Shown: positions 36,124 to 50,023 of the stretch, one piece after another | Layout of the letters: each line of letters starts with the position of its first letter | Numbering within the stretch: position 1 is the stretch's first letter | DNA from: Saccharofermentanales bacterium | Lineage (GTDB): Bacteria > Bacillota > Clostridia > Saccharofermentanales > DTU023 | NCBI GenBank assembly: GCA_041655695.1 | Contig: JBBAEW010000003.1 | Location: 7,677 to 71,676 of the forward strand | Reading direction: 5' to 3' | Length of the DNA stretch: 64,000 nt | Made by a program: the position numbers and the translations under genes | The notes under the pieces: model-generated | Seen by the model: only the letters and a program-made list of their open reading frames with translations | What the model was told of the DNA's origin: nothing | The model's database searches: none

Positions 36124-37734
36124 ATGGCAAAGAAAGAAACAACGGATTGGAAACACCAGGTCGCCCGTGCAGAACGGAAATCGAGGCTTGCCCGGATGAA
36201 GGGATCCGATGGTCATAAGAAGAAAATTGAATCCCATTCGATCTGGAAGAAAGTCACCTTGGCCCTGGTGGCCGTCGTGCTTGTTCTGGGCCTCCTGGTC
36301 TGGCTGATTTCGTCCACGGGGCTGGTAACCCGCTACGCCACTGCCATGACGGTTGGAGGACGCAAAGTCACGGCTGCTGATTTCAATATGGTTCTGGGCA
36401 ACATGACCGCCTCGGAACAATACGGACTGGCATTCACCGAGGAATTTCAGGAAATTCTGGATCAGGCGTCCCAGATGAGCGCCGGCAAGACTATCCGCGA
36501 AGACTTCATCAACCAGCTGATCCCCAGCATCGTCTTTATGAGTGCCGCTCTCAATGAAATTGAGCAGGGGATCTTCCAACTGACGGATGAACAGGCAGCC
36601 GCCATCGACCGGACCGCCAAATCCCTGGAGGAACAGTTCACGGACATGGCCCTGACCAGCGGCCGCAGTGTCAGCAGCCTGGTCAAGCTCTACTATGGGC
36701 CGGGCGTTTCGCTCCGCATGGTTGAACGCGATCTGCGCAACTCCATGCTGATCAACTACTACCAGGAGTTCATCCGGGAGAAGGCAGACCAGTCCGACCA
36801 GGCGGTCGAAGCCTTCTATGAAGAACACAAGGACAGCCTGGATCTCTACTCTTATCAAACTTATGTCTTCAAGGTGGAGACAGCGGAAGGCGCCACGGCG
36901 GAGGAAAAGGCTGACGCCCTGGAGGACCTCTTCGAAACAGTCGAACTGGCTCTTGGCGACCTGGAAGAATTCTCTTTCCTCGAAACCGTCCTCAAGTATG
37001 TCTCCGAGGAAGAGGCCGAAGCCATCAATAAGAATCCCGATTCCCTGACTGTCAAAAAAGCCAGAACCGGTTCCATCGCCTCAGCCATTCTGGATTTCCT
37101 CAAGGCCGAAGACCGCAAGGCCGGGGATGCCAAAGTGATCAAGGGGACCAATCAAGTCACTCTGGTTCAGTTCACGGGACGCATGCGCGATGATTTCAAG
37201 CCTTACTCGGTCCGCCACATCCTGATCGCCAACAGTGACGGCCAGGAAGAATTGACCGATGAAGAACTCGAAAAGAAAGCCAGGGACATCCTGGCAGAGT
37301 TCATGCAGGGTGACCGCAGCGAGGCTTCCTTCGTCAAGCTGGTGGTCAAGCACAGTGTGGACCCCGGCAGCAAAGCGGCCGGCGGCCTCTACTCCGATGT
37401 CGCCTCAGGCACCATGGTCCGCGAGTTTGAGCAGTGGAGCACGGAAGAGGGCCGGAAGAAAGGCGATACAGGCCTGGTCAAGACCACGCACGGCTGGCAC
37501 ATCATGTATTTTGAGGGCCTGGGAGAAGAGCTGGAGCTGCCGGGCAAGATCCGTGATCTGCTCATGGACGCCCACCTCAACGAGTGGATTCAGGCCGTTT
37601 CGGAAGAAGCGGAGGTTGTCCGCCATTCCTTTGGAATGAAATTCGTTGGCAAAACCGGATTCTTTGACGCCCTCTTCGGAGCAGCGCCGACCGAACCCGA
37701 CCAAACCGTTCCCCAGCTGACCCCAGCGGGCTAA
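36124..37734 (+). CDS. membrane-anchored peptidylprolyl isomerase (PrsA/SurA-like, parvulin domain)
   Basis: It has a basic N-terminus, a TM anchor and a SurA_N-like region. The parvulin block is SVRHILI...GG.Y......MV.EFE.W...HGWHIMY. Confidence 0.8.
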   Translation: MAKKETTDWKHQVARAERKSRLARMKGSDGHKKKIESHSIWKKVTLALVAVVLVLGLLVWLISSTGLVTRYATAMTVGGRKVTAADFNMVLGNMTASEQYGLAFTEEFQEILDQASQMSAGKTIREDFINQLIPSIVFMSAALNEIEQGIFQLTDEQAAAIDRTAKSLEEQFTDMALTSGRSVSSLVKLYYGPGVSLRMVERDLRNSMLINYYQEFIREKADQSDQAVEAFYEEHKDSLDLYSYQTYVFKVETAEGATAEEKADALEDLFETVELALGDLEEFSFLETVLKYVSEEEAEAINKNPDSLTVKKARTGSIASAILDFLKAEDRKAGDAKVIKGTNQVTLVQFTGRMRDDFKPYSVRHILIANSDGQEELTDEELEKKARDILAEFMQGDRSEASFVKLVVKHSVDPGSKAAGGLYSDVASGTMVREFEQWSTEEGRKKGDTGLVKTTHGWHIMYFEGLGEELELPGKIRDLLMDAHLNEWIQAVSEEAEVVRHSFGMKFVGKTGFFDALFGAAPTEPDQTVPQLTPAG

Positions 37735-37745
37735 ATAATAAGCGG

Positions 37746-37782
37746 CCCCTGCCGACAGCCAAGTCGGCAGGGGCTTTTTTTT
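37746..37782 (+). terminator. rho-independent terminator after the PPIase gene
   Basis: An 11-bp perfect stem cccctgccgac/gtcggcagggg with a 6-nt loop, then an 8-T run. Confidence 0.85.
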
Positions 37783-37812
37783 GTTGGGGGGAATGATCAG
37801 ATTGGTGCCGGC

Positions 37813-38598
37813 CTATCCCTTGTCCTTATCTTTGGCGGGGCCCAGAATCTCATTCTCTTTTTGCAGATAAGTCTGCAGAAGCCTGGGGGACTTCTTCTTT
37901 TTGTAGAAGGTTTGTTCAAAATCCTGGAAACGGATTTCAGCCGCCTTCCTCATCTGCTCTTCGAAGGGCAGTTCTCCGCTGAAGCCCGCCTCCTTGAAAA
38001 GCAAGCGGGTAAAGTCGGGGTTGAGAATCAGGAAGGGGCCCAGGAGATCTGTCGCGAAGAAATTACGGTCCCGGATGCCCTCCACCTGGGTGTCGACATT
38101 CATGCCCCTGCCCCGGGTGATCCGGAGGAGGGGGAAGGCGCCGGCATCGCCTGTATGGGTGGTAAATTGCGATCGGAAGCCCATGACGGGCATGGAATCA
38201 AAGAAGCCCGAGACTACCTGGTTGAAGCGGTCGTAGGGCTGACAGACAGTGTCAAAAGGGTAGAGGCCAAGAGCTTCAACGGTTTCCCTGCCCACGTAGC
38301 GGATGGTCCGGCCGACCAGGTCCAGGGCGTTGCCGGCCAGGAAGAGGACCACGTCCCTGTCAATGGCTTGCCGGAAGGCCTCTTTGTCTTTGCGCCAGTG
38401 TTCCAGGACCAGGCGCTGGGTTCGCTCGGTCATGGGCCCCATGTAGACCAGATCGACGTCCTGGTCCATGAAGGCCGGACGGTCGGGGAAGGGGGTGCGG
38501 ATCAGGCTGTCTTCGCCGAAGCTTCGGCGAAGAAGTTCCTGGCTGCCATGTTCGCCCAGCAGATTGGCCAGTTCACCGTAGATGATTTCAATCTTCAT
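37813..38598 (-). CDS. GatD-like CobQ-type glutamine amidotransferase homolog lacking the catalytic Cys and His (pseudo-GATase)
   Basis: It appears colinear with GatD, the partner of MurT, as I recall that sequence. However, the nucleophile elbow reads LAGNAL where GatD has ICGG(Y/F)Q, and the His site reads DLLGP where GatD has YLHGP. The only Cys lies in an unrelated position. Confidence 0.6.
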   Translation of the reverse strand: MKIEIIYGELANLLGEHGSQELLRRSFGEDSLIRTPFPDRPAFMDQDVDLVYMGPMTERTQRLVLEHWRKDKEAFRQAIDRDVVLFLAGNALDLVGRTIRYVGRETVEALGLYPFDTVCQPYDRFNQVVSGFFDSMPVMGFRSQFTTHTGDAGAFPLLRITRGRGMNVDTQVEGIRDRNFFATDLLGPFLILNPDFTRLLFKEAGFSGELPFEEQMRKAAEIRFQDFEQTFYKKKKSPRLLQTYLQKENEILGPAKDKDKG

Positions 38599-40057
38599 GG
38601 CGGGAGTCTCCTTGGTGCAAGAGGGGTCTGGCCAGGCGGTCTTTAAGGTCCCGGGTCACCTTACGGGAAACAGGTTCCGAGTAAAGTTCATAGAGGATGG
38701 CGATTGTCTGGGGGTCGGGGGACTCCTCAATCAGTGAGGCGGTCTGGCTCTTGTCCCGGCTCGTCACGATTTTTTCATCAGGCACGCCGGCCAGGAGGAG
38801 GGCAAGGCGGATATCCTCGGCCCGCTGGCCGCCGATGACAATACGGCGGACGGAGTCAGCCGACAGGAGTGCCAGGTCGGCGTCATAAAGCCAGGCCGTG
38901 TTGTCTTCCTCCGACATCTTTTCCACGCTGGTGTCAACCAGGAGGATGAATTGGATGTCGCCGGGGAAGAGGGTGACCGCATCGATTACCCGGCTGACCG
39001 CGATGGGGTTCTTGCCCTTGGCCAGCATGCGGTAGATGGTCTTGTTGCCAACACGGACGATCTCTTTTCTGGACTTGCCGATGGTCAGGCCTGTCAGGGC
39101 ATCCGCGACAGCCGCGGCCTCATAGCCCAGGACTTTAAAAAGAGTGATGGCTGCCAGGACATTATAGAGATCCAGGATGGTCTGGCCGCTGAAAGGATAG
39201 CTTTCTTCCTCCATGCGGCCGTCTGCCTGTCGATGGCCCACGACCAGGGTATCTGCCCGGGTGATGGCCTGGTAGGCCAGGGCCCGGTCCGGTTCAGCGG
39301 AATTCCGGATGGCCAGAACCTGGTAGTCGGCTTCCATGGAACGCCAGCCGCAGGCATCGCAGCGTGAGCGCCCCACGTGGTGGTAGCGGATGAAATCATC
39401 GGTCAGAGGCTGGCCGCAGTCAGGGCAAAGGAGGACATCGCGGATGAGGTTGCGGGTGAAGGTTTCTTCTTCGGGCAGCTGGGCGATCCCAAAGGAATTG
39501 TGGGGCCGTTTCCGGCCCAGGGCCGAGGACAGGAGGTCATCGGCGTTGACGATCAGGCGGGTTGAGGCGGGGATATGGTCGTCCAGGATCTGGTAGATAA
39601 ATTCCCCGTGGGCGTTTCGCAGGTAGGATTCACGAAAGAGGTTGGTAACCAGCAGGTAATCCGGCTGGAGATCCTTGAACACAACCCGGGTGACCCGTTC
39701 ATCGATTTCCAGGATGGCCAGTTCCTTCTTTTTGCGGCCAGTCACAGTTGTTGCATCCAGCAGGGCAGTGATGATGCCTTCCTCGATATTGCTCCCGTAG
39801 GCGTTGTGGGCAAAGGAAAGGCCCAGCTTGCCGGCCATGTCGGCGACCAGATTGGCGACCGTGGTCTTGCCGTTGGTCCCGGTGACGGCGATAATCCGGT
39901 CGGGCTTGTCGATACGGGCCAGAAAACCGGGGCAGAGTTTTTTTGCCAGCTGACCAGGGAAATGGGTTGCCTTCAGCCCAAAGAGCCGCATGACGGCTTG
40001 TGTGGCACGTACCGTGAGGACAGTCGCAATGAAGCGTGGGGACCTTCTCGATTTCAC
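38588..40057 (-). CDS. MurT-like Mur-ligase family protein (with C-terminal DUF1727-like domain)
   Basis: The P-loop is AVTGTNGKTT, and the Cys4 ribbon is CPDCG...CDACG as in MurT. The C-terminal ..TAWLYDAD block is present, but the DNAADGRD-type motif is not conserved. It overlaps the gatD-like gene by 11 nt. Confidence 0.7.
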   Translation of the reverse strand: MKSRRSPRFIATVLTVRATQAVMRLFGLKATHFPGQLAKKLCPGFLARIDKPDRIIAVTGTNGKTTVANLVADMAGKLGLSFAHNAYGSNIEEGIITALLDATTVTGRKKKELAILEIDERVTRVVFKDLQPDYLLVTNLFRESYLRNAHGEFIYQILDDHIPASTRLIVNADDLLSSALGRKRPHNSFGIAQLPEEETFTRNLIRDVLLCPDCGQPLTDDFIRYHHVGRSRCDACGWRSMEADYQVLAIRNSAEPDRALAYQAITRADTLVVGHRQADGRMEEESYPFSGQTILDLYNVLAAITLFKVLGYEAAAVADALTGLTIGKSRKEIVRVGNKTIYRMLAKGKNPIAVSRVIDAVTLFPGDIQFILLVDTSVEKMSEEDNTAWLYDADLALLSADSVRRIVIGGQRAEDIRLALLLAGVPDEKIVTSRDKSQTASLIEESPDPQTIAILYELYSEPVSRKVTRDLKDRLARPLLHQGDSRHED

Positions 40058-40086
40058 TTTTGTCTCGTTTCAAATAAAAAAAGCTG

Positions 40087-40115
40087 TTGACTCAAAAATC
40101 AAAGCGTGCTAGAAT
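40087..40115 (+). promoter_or_regulatory. sigma-A type promoter for rpoB-rpoC
   Basis: TTGACT (40087-40092), a 17-nt spacer ending in TGc, then TAGAAT (40110-40115). It lies about 160 nt upstream of the rpoB start. Confidence 0.65.
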
Positions 40116-40276
40116 CATTTGATGTGTCGCCGGCGCTGTCTTTGCGTGCCAAAACCACGGAATCAGTGGTTACCAGCCCTGCGATGATGCAATTATATCA
40201 CGTGATGAAGCATCGTCAAGGCCGGCTTGGAGATGCGAGCGTAATCAGGCCGGTTCGATTTGTGAGGTGATCGCTG

Positions 40277-44059
<3,783 letters not shown>

Positions 44060-44076
44060 GGGGAGGAGGACCATCT

Positions 44077-47000
44077 ATGTCTGAGCTTGGTAATTTTGAA
44101 TCAATCGGTATCGGTCTGGCCTCACCGGAGAAAATACTGACCTGGTCCAAGGGCGAGGTCAAAAAACCTGAGACCATCAACTACAGGACGCTGAAACCGG
44201 AAACGGACGGCCTCTTCTGTGAGAAAATTTTCGGCCCCTCCAAGGACTGGGAGTGCTATTGCGGCAAATACAAGACCAGGCGCTATCGCAATATTATCTG
44301 CGACAAGTGCGGTGTTGAGGTCACCTTGTCCAAGGTGCGCCGGGAGCGGATGGGTCACATCCGCCTGGCGGCGCCGGTGACGCACATCTGGTACTACAGG
44401 GGTATCCCCAGCCGCATGGGACTCATGCTTGACATGTCTCCCCGCAATCTGGAGAAGGTCATCTACTTCGCCGCCTATATCGTGATTGATCCCGGCGTGA
44501 CGGCTTTCAGCCGCATGCAGATCATCAACGAGCGCGATTACCGTGAAGCCTCGCTTGAGTACGGCCGCAATTCTTTTGTGGCCAAGATGGGAGCGGAGGC
44601 CATCCGCGACCTGCTGGCCGGCATCGATGTCGAGACACTGGCATCCGACCTGAGGCAGGAGCTGGCCCATGCCCGCGGCCAGAAGAAGCTGCGCCTGATC
44701 AAGCGCCTGGAAGTGGTCGAGGCCTTCAAGAACTCCGGCTACCGGCCTGATTGGATGGTGCTGGATGTCCTGCCGGTCCTTCCTCCCGAGCTTCGGCCCA
44801 TGGTGGAACTGGACGGCGGACGTTTTGCCACCTCCGACCTCAATGATCTCTACCGGAGGGTCATCAACCGCAACAACCGCCTCAACAAGCTCCTGCAGCT
44901 TGGGGCGCCCAACATCATCATCCGCAATGAAAAGCGTATGCTCCAGGAAGCAGTTGACGCCCTGATCGACAACGGCCGCCGCGGCCGCCCGGTTACAGGT
45001 GCGGGCAACCGCCCCCTCAAGTCCCTGTCCGACCTGCTCAAGGGTAAGCAGGGCCGCTTCCGCCAGAACCTTCTGGGCAAGCGCGTAGACTACTCCGGCC
45101 GTTCCGTCATCGTGGTCGGCCCGGAATTGAAACTTCACCAGTGCGGACTGCCCAAGGAAATGGCCCTTGAGCTCTTCAAGCCTTTCGTCATGCGCGAGAT
45201 CATGCGCAACGGATACGCGCAGAACATCAAGTCAGCCAGGCGCCAGGTGGAACGGGGCGGCGACATTGTCTGGGATATGCTGGATGAGGTCATCAAGGAC
45301 CATCCGGTCCTCCTCAACCGCGCCCCAACCCTCCACAGACTCGGTATCCAGGCCTTTGAGCCGGTACTGGTCGAGGGCCGGGCCATTCAGCTGCACCCGC
45401 TGGTCTGTACAGCCTTTAATGCTGACTTCGACGGCGACCAGATGCCGGTCCACGTACCGCTGTCTGCCGAGGCTCAGGCGGAAGCCCGCTTCCTCATGCT
45501 GTCATCCAACAACCTTCTGAAACCTCAGGACGGCAAACCGGTTACAGTACCGACTCAGGACATCGTCCTGGGCTGTTACTACCTGACCAATGAGAAAGCC
45601 AATCCGGAAATGGCTCCCGACGCCCCCCTGCGGACCTTCTCCAACCTGGAGGAGGCCATGATGGCCTACGATACCAAGCAGATCACCATCGGCCAGCGGA
45701 TCCGGGTGCGCAGGGAAGTCGAGCGCGATGGCAAGCTCTACAGGGGTCTTGTCGAATCCACCCTGGGCCGTTTCATCTTTAACGGCATCATTCCCCAGAA
45801 CCTTGGCTATATTGAGCGCGGCCAGGATGATGCCAGCCAGATTGCTCTGGAATGCGACTTTGTCATCGGCAAAAGGGAGCTGGCCAAGATCATCGAGCGG
45901 TCCATCCACGTCTGCGGCATAACCGAGACGGCACGGGTCCTCGACGAGATCAAGACCCTGGGCTACCACTACGCCACCGTCGGCGGTATTTCCATCGGCA
46001 TCTTCGACATGATCGTCCCCGAAGTTAAAGAGGAACTGATCCGCGTGGCCGAAGAGCGGGTAGAGCACATCAACCAGCAGTACCAGCTGGGCCTCCTCAA
46101 CGAGGAAGGCCGCTATCGGACGGTTGTCGGGATCTGGCGTTCAACGACCGACGAGATCACCGAAGCCCTCAAGGAGCGCCTGGGCGTTCATAACCCCATC
46201 TACATGATGTCCCTGTCCGGCGCCCGCGGTACCATTGACCAGATCAAACAGCTGGCCGGTATGCGGGGCAATATGACCGACACCTCGGGCCGGACCATCG
46301 AGATTCCCATCAAGTCCAACCTGCGCGAAGGCATGAACGTTCTGGAATTCTTCATCTCCTCGCACGGAGCCCGTAAATCACTGTCTGACACGGCTCTGAA
46401 GACAGCTGACTCCGGCTATCTGACCCGGCGTCTGGTCGACATTTCCCAGGATGTCATCATCCGAAGTGAAGACTGCGGCACCGAAGAGTACATCGAAGTC
46501 TCGCCCGTCGTTGTGGGCGGCAAGACCAAACGGGTGGTTGAACGCCTGGCCAATCGGATTGAGGGGCGTTTTGCCGCCCAGGATATCCTGCACCCCGAAA
46601 CCGGGGAGGTCATGGTCGAAAAGAACCAGATGATCAGCAATTCCACGGCGGCCCGGATCGAGGAACTGGGTATGGCCCGCATCCCCATCCGCAGCAATCT
46701 GACCTGTCAGTGCGATAAGGGAGTCTGCGCCAAGTGCTACGGCCGGAATCTGGCCACAGGCGGCCCGACCGTCATCGGAGAAGCGGTCGGCATCATGGCC
46801 GCCCAGTCCATCGGCGAGCCCGGAACCCAGCTGACCATGCGGACCTTCCATACGGGCGGTATCGCTTCAGGCGACGACATCACACAGGGTCTTCCCCGTG
46901 TTGAGGAACTCTTTGAAGCCAGAAAGCCCAAGGGGCAGGCGGTCATTACCGAGCTGTCGGGAACTGTTACGGTCAGCGAGACCGAGAAACGCCGGCGCGA

Positions 47001-47874
47001 TGTGACGGTTACATCTGCCGATGGCCGCACCAAACAATACAGCATCCCCATCTCAACCCCCCTGATTGTCGATACCGGTGATCTGGTGGAAGAAGGGGAC
47101 CTGCTGACGGACGGTTCAGTCAACCCGCACGACATCATGAAGATCAAGGGAGCCCGCGGCGTCCAGAAGTACATCATTGCCGAGGTTCTCAAGGTTTACA
47201 AAAACAACGGCGTTGAAATCAATGATAAACACATCGAGATCATCGTCCGCCAGATGCTGAGAAAATTCAAGATCGATGACCCCGGTGATACACCGCTCCT
47301 GACAGGCAGTGTGGTCGATATGGCCGAATACCACCGGGCCAACGCCGAAGCAGAGGAGAATGGTCTCCAGCCTGCCGACGGCAAACAGGTCCTCCTGGGG
47401 ATTACCAAGGCCTCCCTGGCGACCGAGTCCTTCCTGTCAGCCGCCTCCTTCCAGGAGACGACCCGGGTATTGACGGACGCGGCTGTCAAGGGCAAGGTGG
47501 ATCCTTTGGAAGGTCTCAAGGAGAACGTCATCATCGGCAAGCTGATCCCCGCGGGAACCGGCCTGGCCCGTTACCGCAACATCAGCGCCATCCCGGTTGT
47601 CCCGGCTAACATGCCGGTCCTCAATGCCACGGCCGATGAGCGCATCGCCCGGACCGGATACGAGGAATCGGCCATGGATCTGGGTTTCACCCATGAGACA
47701 CAGGAAGAGTACGAAGCTTACATGCAGGAGATGGGGCTGGACCCGGAGGTCTTTGTCAACAAGTGTTCCTTTGACCTGACTCCGCCCGAGTACCCGGCTC
47801 CTGAAGACAGCAACCCCCTTCTGGATCTTTTCGACCTCCCGGACTTCCCGGACGGGTCGGATACCGAAATCTAA
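44077..47874 (+). CDS. rpoC: DNA-directed RNA polymerase subunit beta'
   Basis: Zn-finger CYCGKYK...C..CGVEV, the catalytic NADFDGDQM motif, and the trigger loop and bridge helix blocks are present. A GGGGAGGAGG RBS precedes the start. About 100 aa extend beyond the GKLIPAGTG block. Confidence 0.98.
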   Translation: MSELGNFESIGIGLASPEKILTWSKGEVKKPETINYRTLKPETDGLFCEKIFGPSKDWECYCGKYKTRRYRNIICDKCGVEVTLSKVRRERMGHIRLAAPVTHIWYYRGIPSRMGLMLDMSPRNLEKVIYFAAYIVIDPGVTAFSRMQIINERDYREASLEYGRNSFVAKMGAEAIRDLLAGIDVETLASDLRQELAHARGQKKLRLIKRLEVVEAFKNSGYRPDWMVLDVLPVLPPELRPMVELDGGRFATSDLNDLYRRVINRNNRLNKLLQLGAPNIIIRNEKRMLQEAVDALIDNGRRGRPVTGAGNRPLKSLSDLLKGKQGRFRQNLLGKRVDYSGRSVIVVGPELKLHQCGLPKEMALELFKPFVMREIMRNGYAQNIKSARRQVERGGDIVWDMLDEVIKDHPVLLNRAPTLHRLGIQAFEPVLVEGRAIQLHPLVCTAFNADFDGDQMPVHVPLSAEAQAEARFLMLSSNNLLKPQDGKPVTVPTQDIVLGCYYLTNEKANPEMAPDAPLRTFSNLEEAMMAYDTKQITIGQRIRVRREVERDGKLYRGLVESTLGRFIFNGIIPQNLGYIERGQDDASQIALECDFVIGKRELAKIIERSIHVCGITETARVLDEIKTLGYHYATVGGISIGIFDMIVPEVKEELIRVAEERVEHINQQYQLGLLNEEGRYRTVVGIWRSTTDEITEALKERLGVHNPIYMMSLSGARGTIDQIKQLAGMRGNMTDTSGRTIEIPIKSNLREGMNVLEFFISSHGARKSLSDTALKTADSGYLTRRLVDISQDVIIRSEDCGTEEYIEVSPVVVGGKTKRVVERLANRIEGRFAAQDILHPETGEVMVEKNQMISNSTAARIEELGMARIPIRSNLTCQCDKGVCAKCYGRNLATGGPTVIGEAVGIMAAQSIGEPGTQLTMRTFHTGGIASGDDITQGLPRVEELFEARKPKGQAVITELSGTVTVSETEKRRRDVTVTSADGRTKQYSIPISTPLIVDTGDLVEEGDLLTDGSVNPHDIMKIKGARGVQKYIIAEVLKVYKNNGVEINDKHIEIIVRQMLRKFKIDDPGDTPLLTGSVVDMAEYHRANAEAEENGLQPADGKQVLLGITKASLATESFLSAASFQETTRVLTDAAVKGKVDPLEGLKENVIIGKLIPAGTGLARYRNISAIPVVPANMPVLNATADERIARTGYEESAMDLGFTHETQEEYEAYMQEMGLDPEVFVNKCSFDLTPPEYPAPEDSNPLLDLFDLPDFPDGSDTEI

Positions 47875-47883
47875 TGCATGAAA

Positions 47884-47910
47884 CCCCGGCAGCCGCCGGG
47901 GTTTTTCTTT
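47884..47910 (+). terminator. rho-independent terminator after rpoC
   Basis: Stem ccccggc/gccgggg with a 4-nt loop, followed by TTTTTCTTT. Confidence 0.8.
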
Positions 47911-47921
47911 GCTCCGCGTGA

Positions 47922-47951
47922 TTGACAGCAGGCCTGAAGGCCCTTTATAAT
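47922..47951 (+). promoter_or_regulatory. sigma-A type promoter of the ctsR operon
   Basis: TTGACA (47922-47927), an 18-nt spacer, then TATAAT (47946-47951). It sits immediately upstream of the CtsR box. Confidence 0.6.
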
Positions 47952-47953
47952 AA

Positions 47954-47970
47954 AGTCAAAGACAGTCAAA
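47954..47970 (+). promoter_or_regulatory. CtsR operator (direct heptad repeat)
   Basis: AGTCAAA-gac-AGTCAAA matches the CtsR consensus (A/G)GTCAAA NAN (A/G)GTCAAA. It lies just downstream of the -10 element and upstream of ctsR. Confidence 0.85.
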
Positions 47971-47997
47971 GACTAGTACTGGAAGTGATGAGAACCC

Positions 47998-48474
47998 ATG
48001 AGCAGCCTGACCGATCGGATTGAACGGACCATACTTGAGCTGATGGAGGAACGGGACGGTTTCTGTGAGATCGCCCGCAATGCCTTCGCGGCTGAATTGG
48101 AGGTGGCCCCTTCACAGATTACCTATGTGATCGCCACCCGCTTCGGCCACCGGCAGGGCTATGTGGTTGAAAGCAGGCGCGGAGGCGCCGGCTATGTCCG
48201 CATCCGGCGGATTCCATCGTCGGGCGGTTCCGAATACCTCATGCACCTGGTCCGCTCCCTGTCCGACCGCCTGAGTGAACACCAGGCCAGGGTCCTGGCG
48301 GATCAGCTGTTGAGTCTGGACCTGATTTCACAGGAAACGGCCCAACTCCTGCAGGCTTGCACTTCGGACAGCTCTCTACGTCAGGTTGATGCCCGGTCGC
48401 GCGACCGGGTCCGCTCCGACCTTGCGGCCAATCTCCTGGCCAGGATCGCCGCCTGGGGCGGCGGGGAGGAATAG
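47998..48474 (+). CDS. ctsR: class III stress gene repressor CtsR
   Basis: The N-terminal winged-HTH block ...APSQITYVI.TRF....GY.VESRRGGGGY.RI is present, along with the operon context. Confidence 0.9.
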   Translation: MSSLTDRIERTILELMEERDGFCEIARNAFAAELEVAPSQITYVIATRFGHRQGYVVESRRGGAGYVRIRRIPSSGGSEYLMHLVRSLSDRLSEHQARVLADQLLSLDLISQETAQLLQACTSDSSLRQVDARSRDRVRSDLAANLLARIAAWGGGEE

Positions 48475-48476
48475 AG

Positions 48477-48980
48477 ATGCTCTGTCAAAATTGCGGACAG
48501 GCCCAGGCGGCTGTCCAGGTCACCCGGTCACATGGCGGCCACAGTCAGGTCCGCTACCTGTGTGACCGCTGCGCCGGCCAGGGAGAGGATTTCTTCCCCC
48601 TGTCAGACTGGGGCAGCATCCTGGACGCCTTTTTGCCGGGGCCTTCGCTCTTTGGCTACGCCAGGACCGGTCAGAAGAAAGCAAAACCGACGCCTGCCCG
48701 CTGCCCTGCATGCGGGGAGACCGAGGACCAGCTCCGCCAGAAAGGCCTTCTGGGCTGCAGCCAATGCTACGAGACCTTCGCAGACCTCCTGGAGCCCGTC
48801 TTCAAACGGGTGCAGGGCCACACCCGCCACCTGGAACAGGCCTCCGGCAAGGAAGCAGCTGGCCGGGCAGACCGCCTGAGACAAAGGCTGGAAGAAGCCG
48901 TCCGGCGTGAAGAATACGAGGAGGCAGCCCGCCTGCGCGATCTGATCAGGCAGGAAGAGAGCCCGCAGGGAGAAGCCTGA
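48477..48980 (+). CDS. mcsA: protein arginine kinase activator McsA (UVR-domain, zinc-finger protein)
   Basis: CxxC pairs are present (CQNCG, CDRC, CPACG, CSQC), and the C-terminal UVR motif is EEYEEAARLRDLIR. Confidence 0.85.
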   Translation: MLCQNCGQAQAAVQVTRSHGGHSQVRYLCDRCAGQGEDFFPLSDWGSILDAFLPGPSLFGYARTGQKKAKPTPARCPACGETEDQLRQKGLLGCSQCYETFADLLEPVFKRVQGHTRHLEQASGKEAAGRADRLRQRLEEAVRREEYEEAARLRDLIRQEESPQGEA

Positions 48981-50023
48981 TGGCCTGGTATCTGGAAGAA
49001 GGTCCCTTAAGCGACGTGGTGATTTCCACCCGGGTCCGCCTGGCCCGCAACCTGGAGCACACACCCTTTCCCTGGCGTTTGACGCCCCAGGAGGAAGATT
49101 ATGTCAAGGCCCGTGTGATCGGAGCTTTCCGGTCCATCTGTCAGGAAGACGGGGACAAGGCGCTGGTTGTTGACCTGGCCCAGCTGGGAAGCATCGAATC
49201 CCTGGCTCTGGCTGAGCGACGCATCATCAGCCGAGCCATGCTGGACAAGACAGCGGGTAAGGCCCTTCTGCTTTTCCCGGGTGAGTCCTCCGGCATCCTG
49301 GTCAATGAGGAGGACCACCTGCGCTTTTACGCGGTCAGCGCAGGCTTGAGGCTGGAGGAAACAGCACAGACCGTGACCCGGTGCGCTGCTTCCATTGAAT
49401 CTTTGCTGCCTTTTGCCAGGAGCGATCGGCTGGGTTATCTGACGGCCTGTCCGACCAATACGGGGACAGGCATGCGGGCCTCCGTCATGCTCCACCTGCC
49501 CGGCTTAATCCGATCAGGTGTGGTTAAATCGCTGGCAGATAAGCTGACCCGCGCGGGCTTTACCCTGCGGGGAGCCGAAGGGGAAGGCACCGATGCCGTG
49601 GGAGACCTGGTCCAATTATCCAATCAGGTCACCCTGGGGGTCACGGAAGAAGCCATCATTTCTGACCTGGGGCGGCTGGTTCTGGAACTTGCCCAGGAGG
49701 AGAATAAGGCCAGACAGGCTCTGTATGCCGGGGATCCGGTAGGCCTGGAAGACCTGATCGGCCGGGCCAGAGGCCAGCTCATGAATGCACGGCTCATGAC
49801 CAGGGAGGAGGCCATGCGTCTTCTGTCCCTGGTGCGGCTGGGGAAAGAGCTTAATTTTGAAGACCTGCCGGATTACAGGACCATCCAGCACCTGATTGCC
49901 CTTATGGGGGAAGGTGCTCTCCAGCAGGCCCATGGGAAGCCCATGGAAGCAAGAGAACGTGACCAGGCACGCGCCGATTTGATCCGGCGCACCCTGGCGG
50001 AAACAGGAGGGATCAAAAAATGA
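48980..50023 (+). CDS. mcsB: protein arginine kinase McsB
   Basis: The phosphagen-kinase-like core is present: RVRLARNL...PF, NEEDHLR, CPTN.GTGMRASVM.HLP and RG..GEG. Confidence 0.9.
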   Translation: MAWYLEEGPLSDVVISTRVRLARNLEHTPFPWRLTPQEEDYVKARVIGAFRSICQEDGDKALVVDLAQLGSIESLALAERRIISRAMLDKTAGKALLLFPGESSGILVNEEDHLRFYAVSAGLRLEETAQTVTRCAASIESLLPFARSDRLGYLTACPTNTGTGMRASVMLHLPGLIRSGVVKSLADKLTRAGFTLRGAEGEGTDAVGDLVQLSNQVTLGVTEEAIISDLGRLVLELAQEENKARQALYAGDPVGLEDLIGRARGQLMNARLMTREEAMRLLSLVRLGKELNFEDLPDYRTIQHLIALMGEGALQQAHGKPMEARERDQARADLIRRTLAETGGIKK

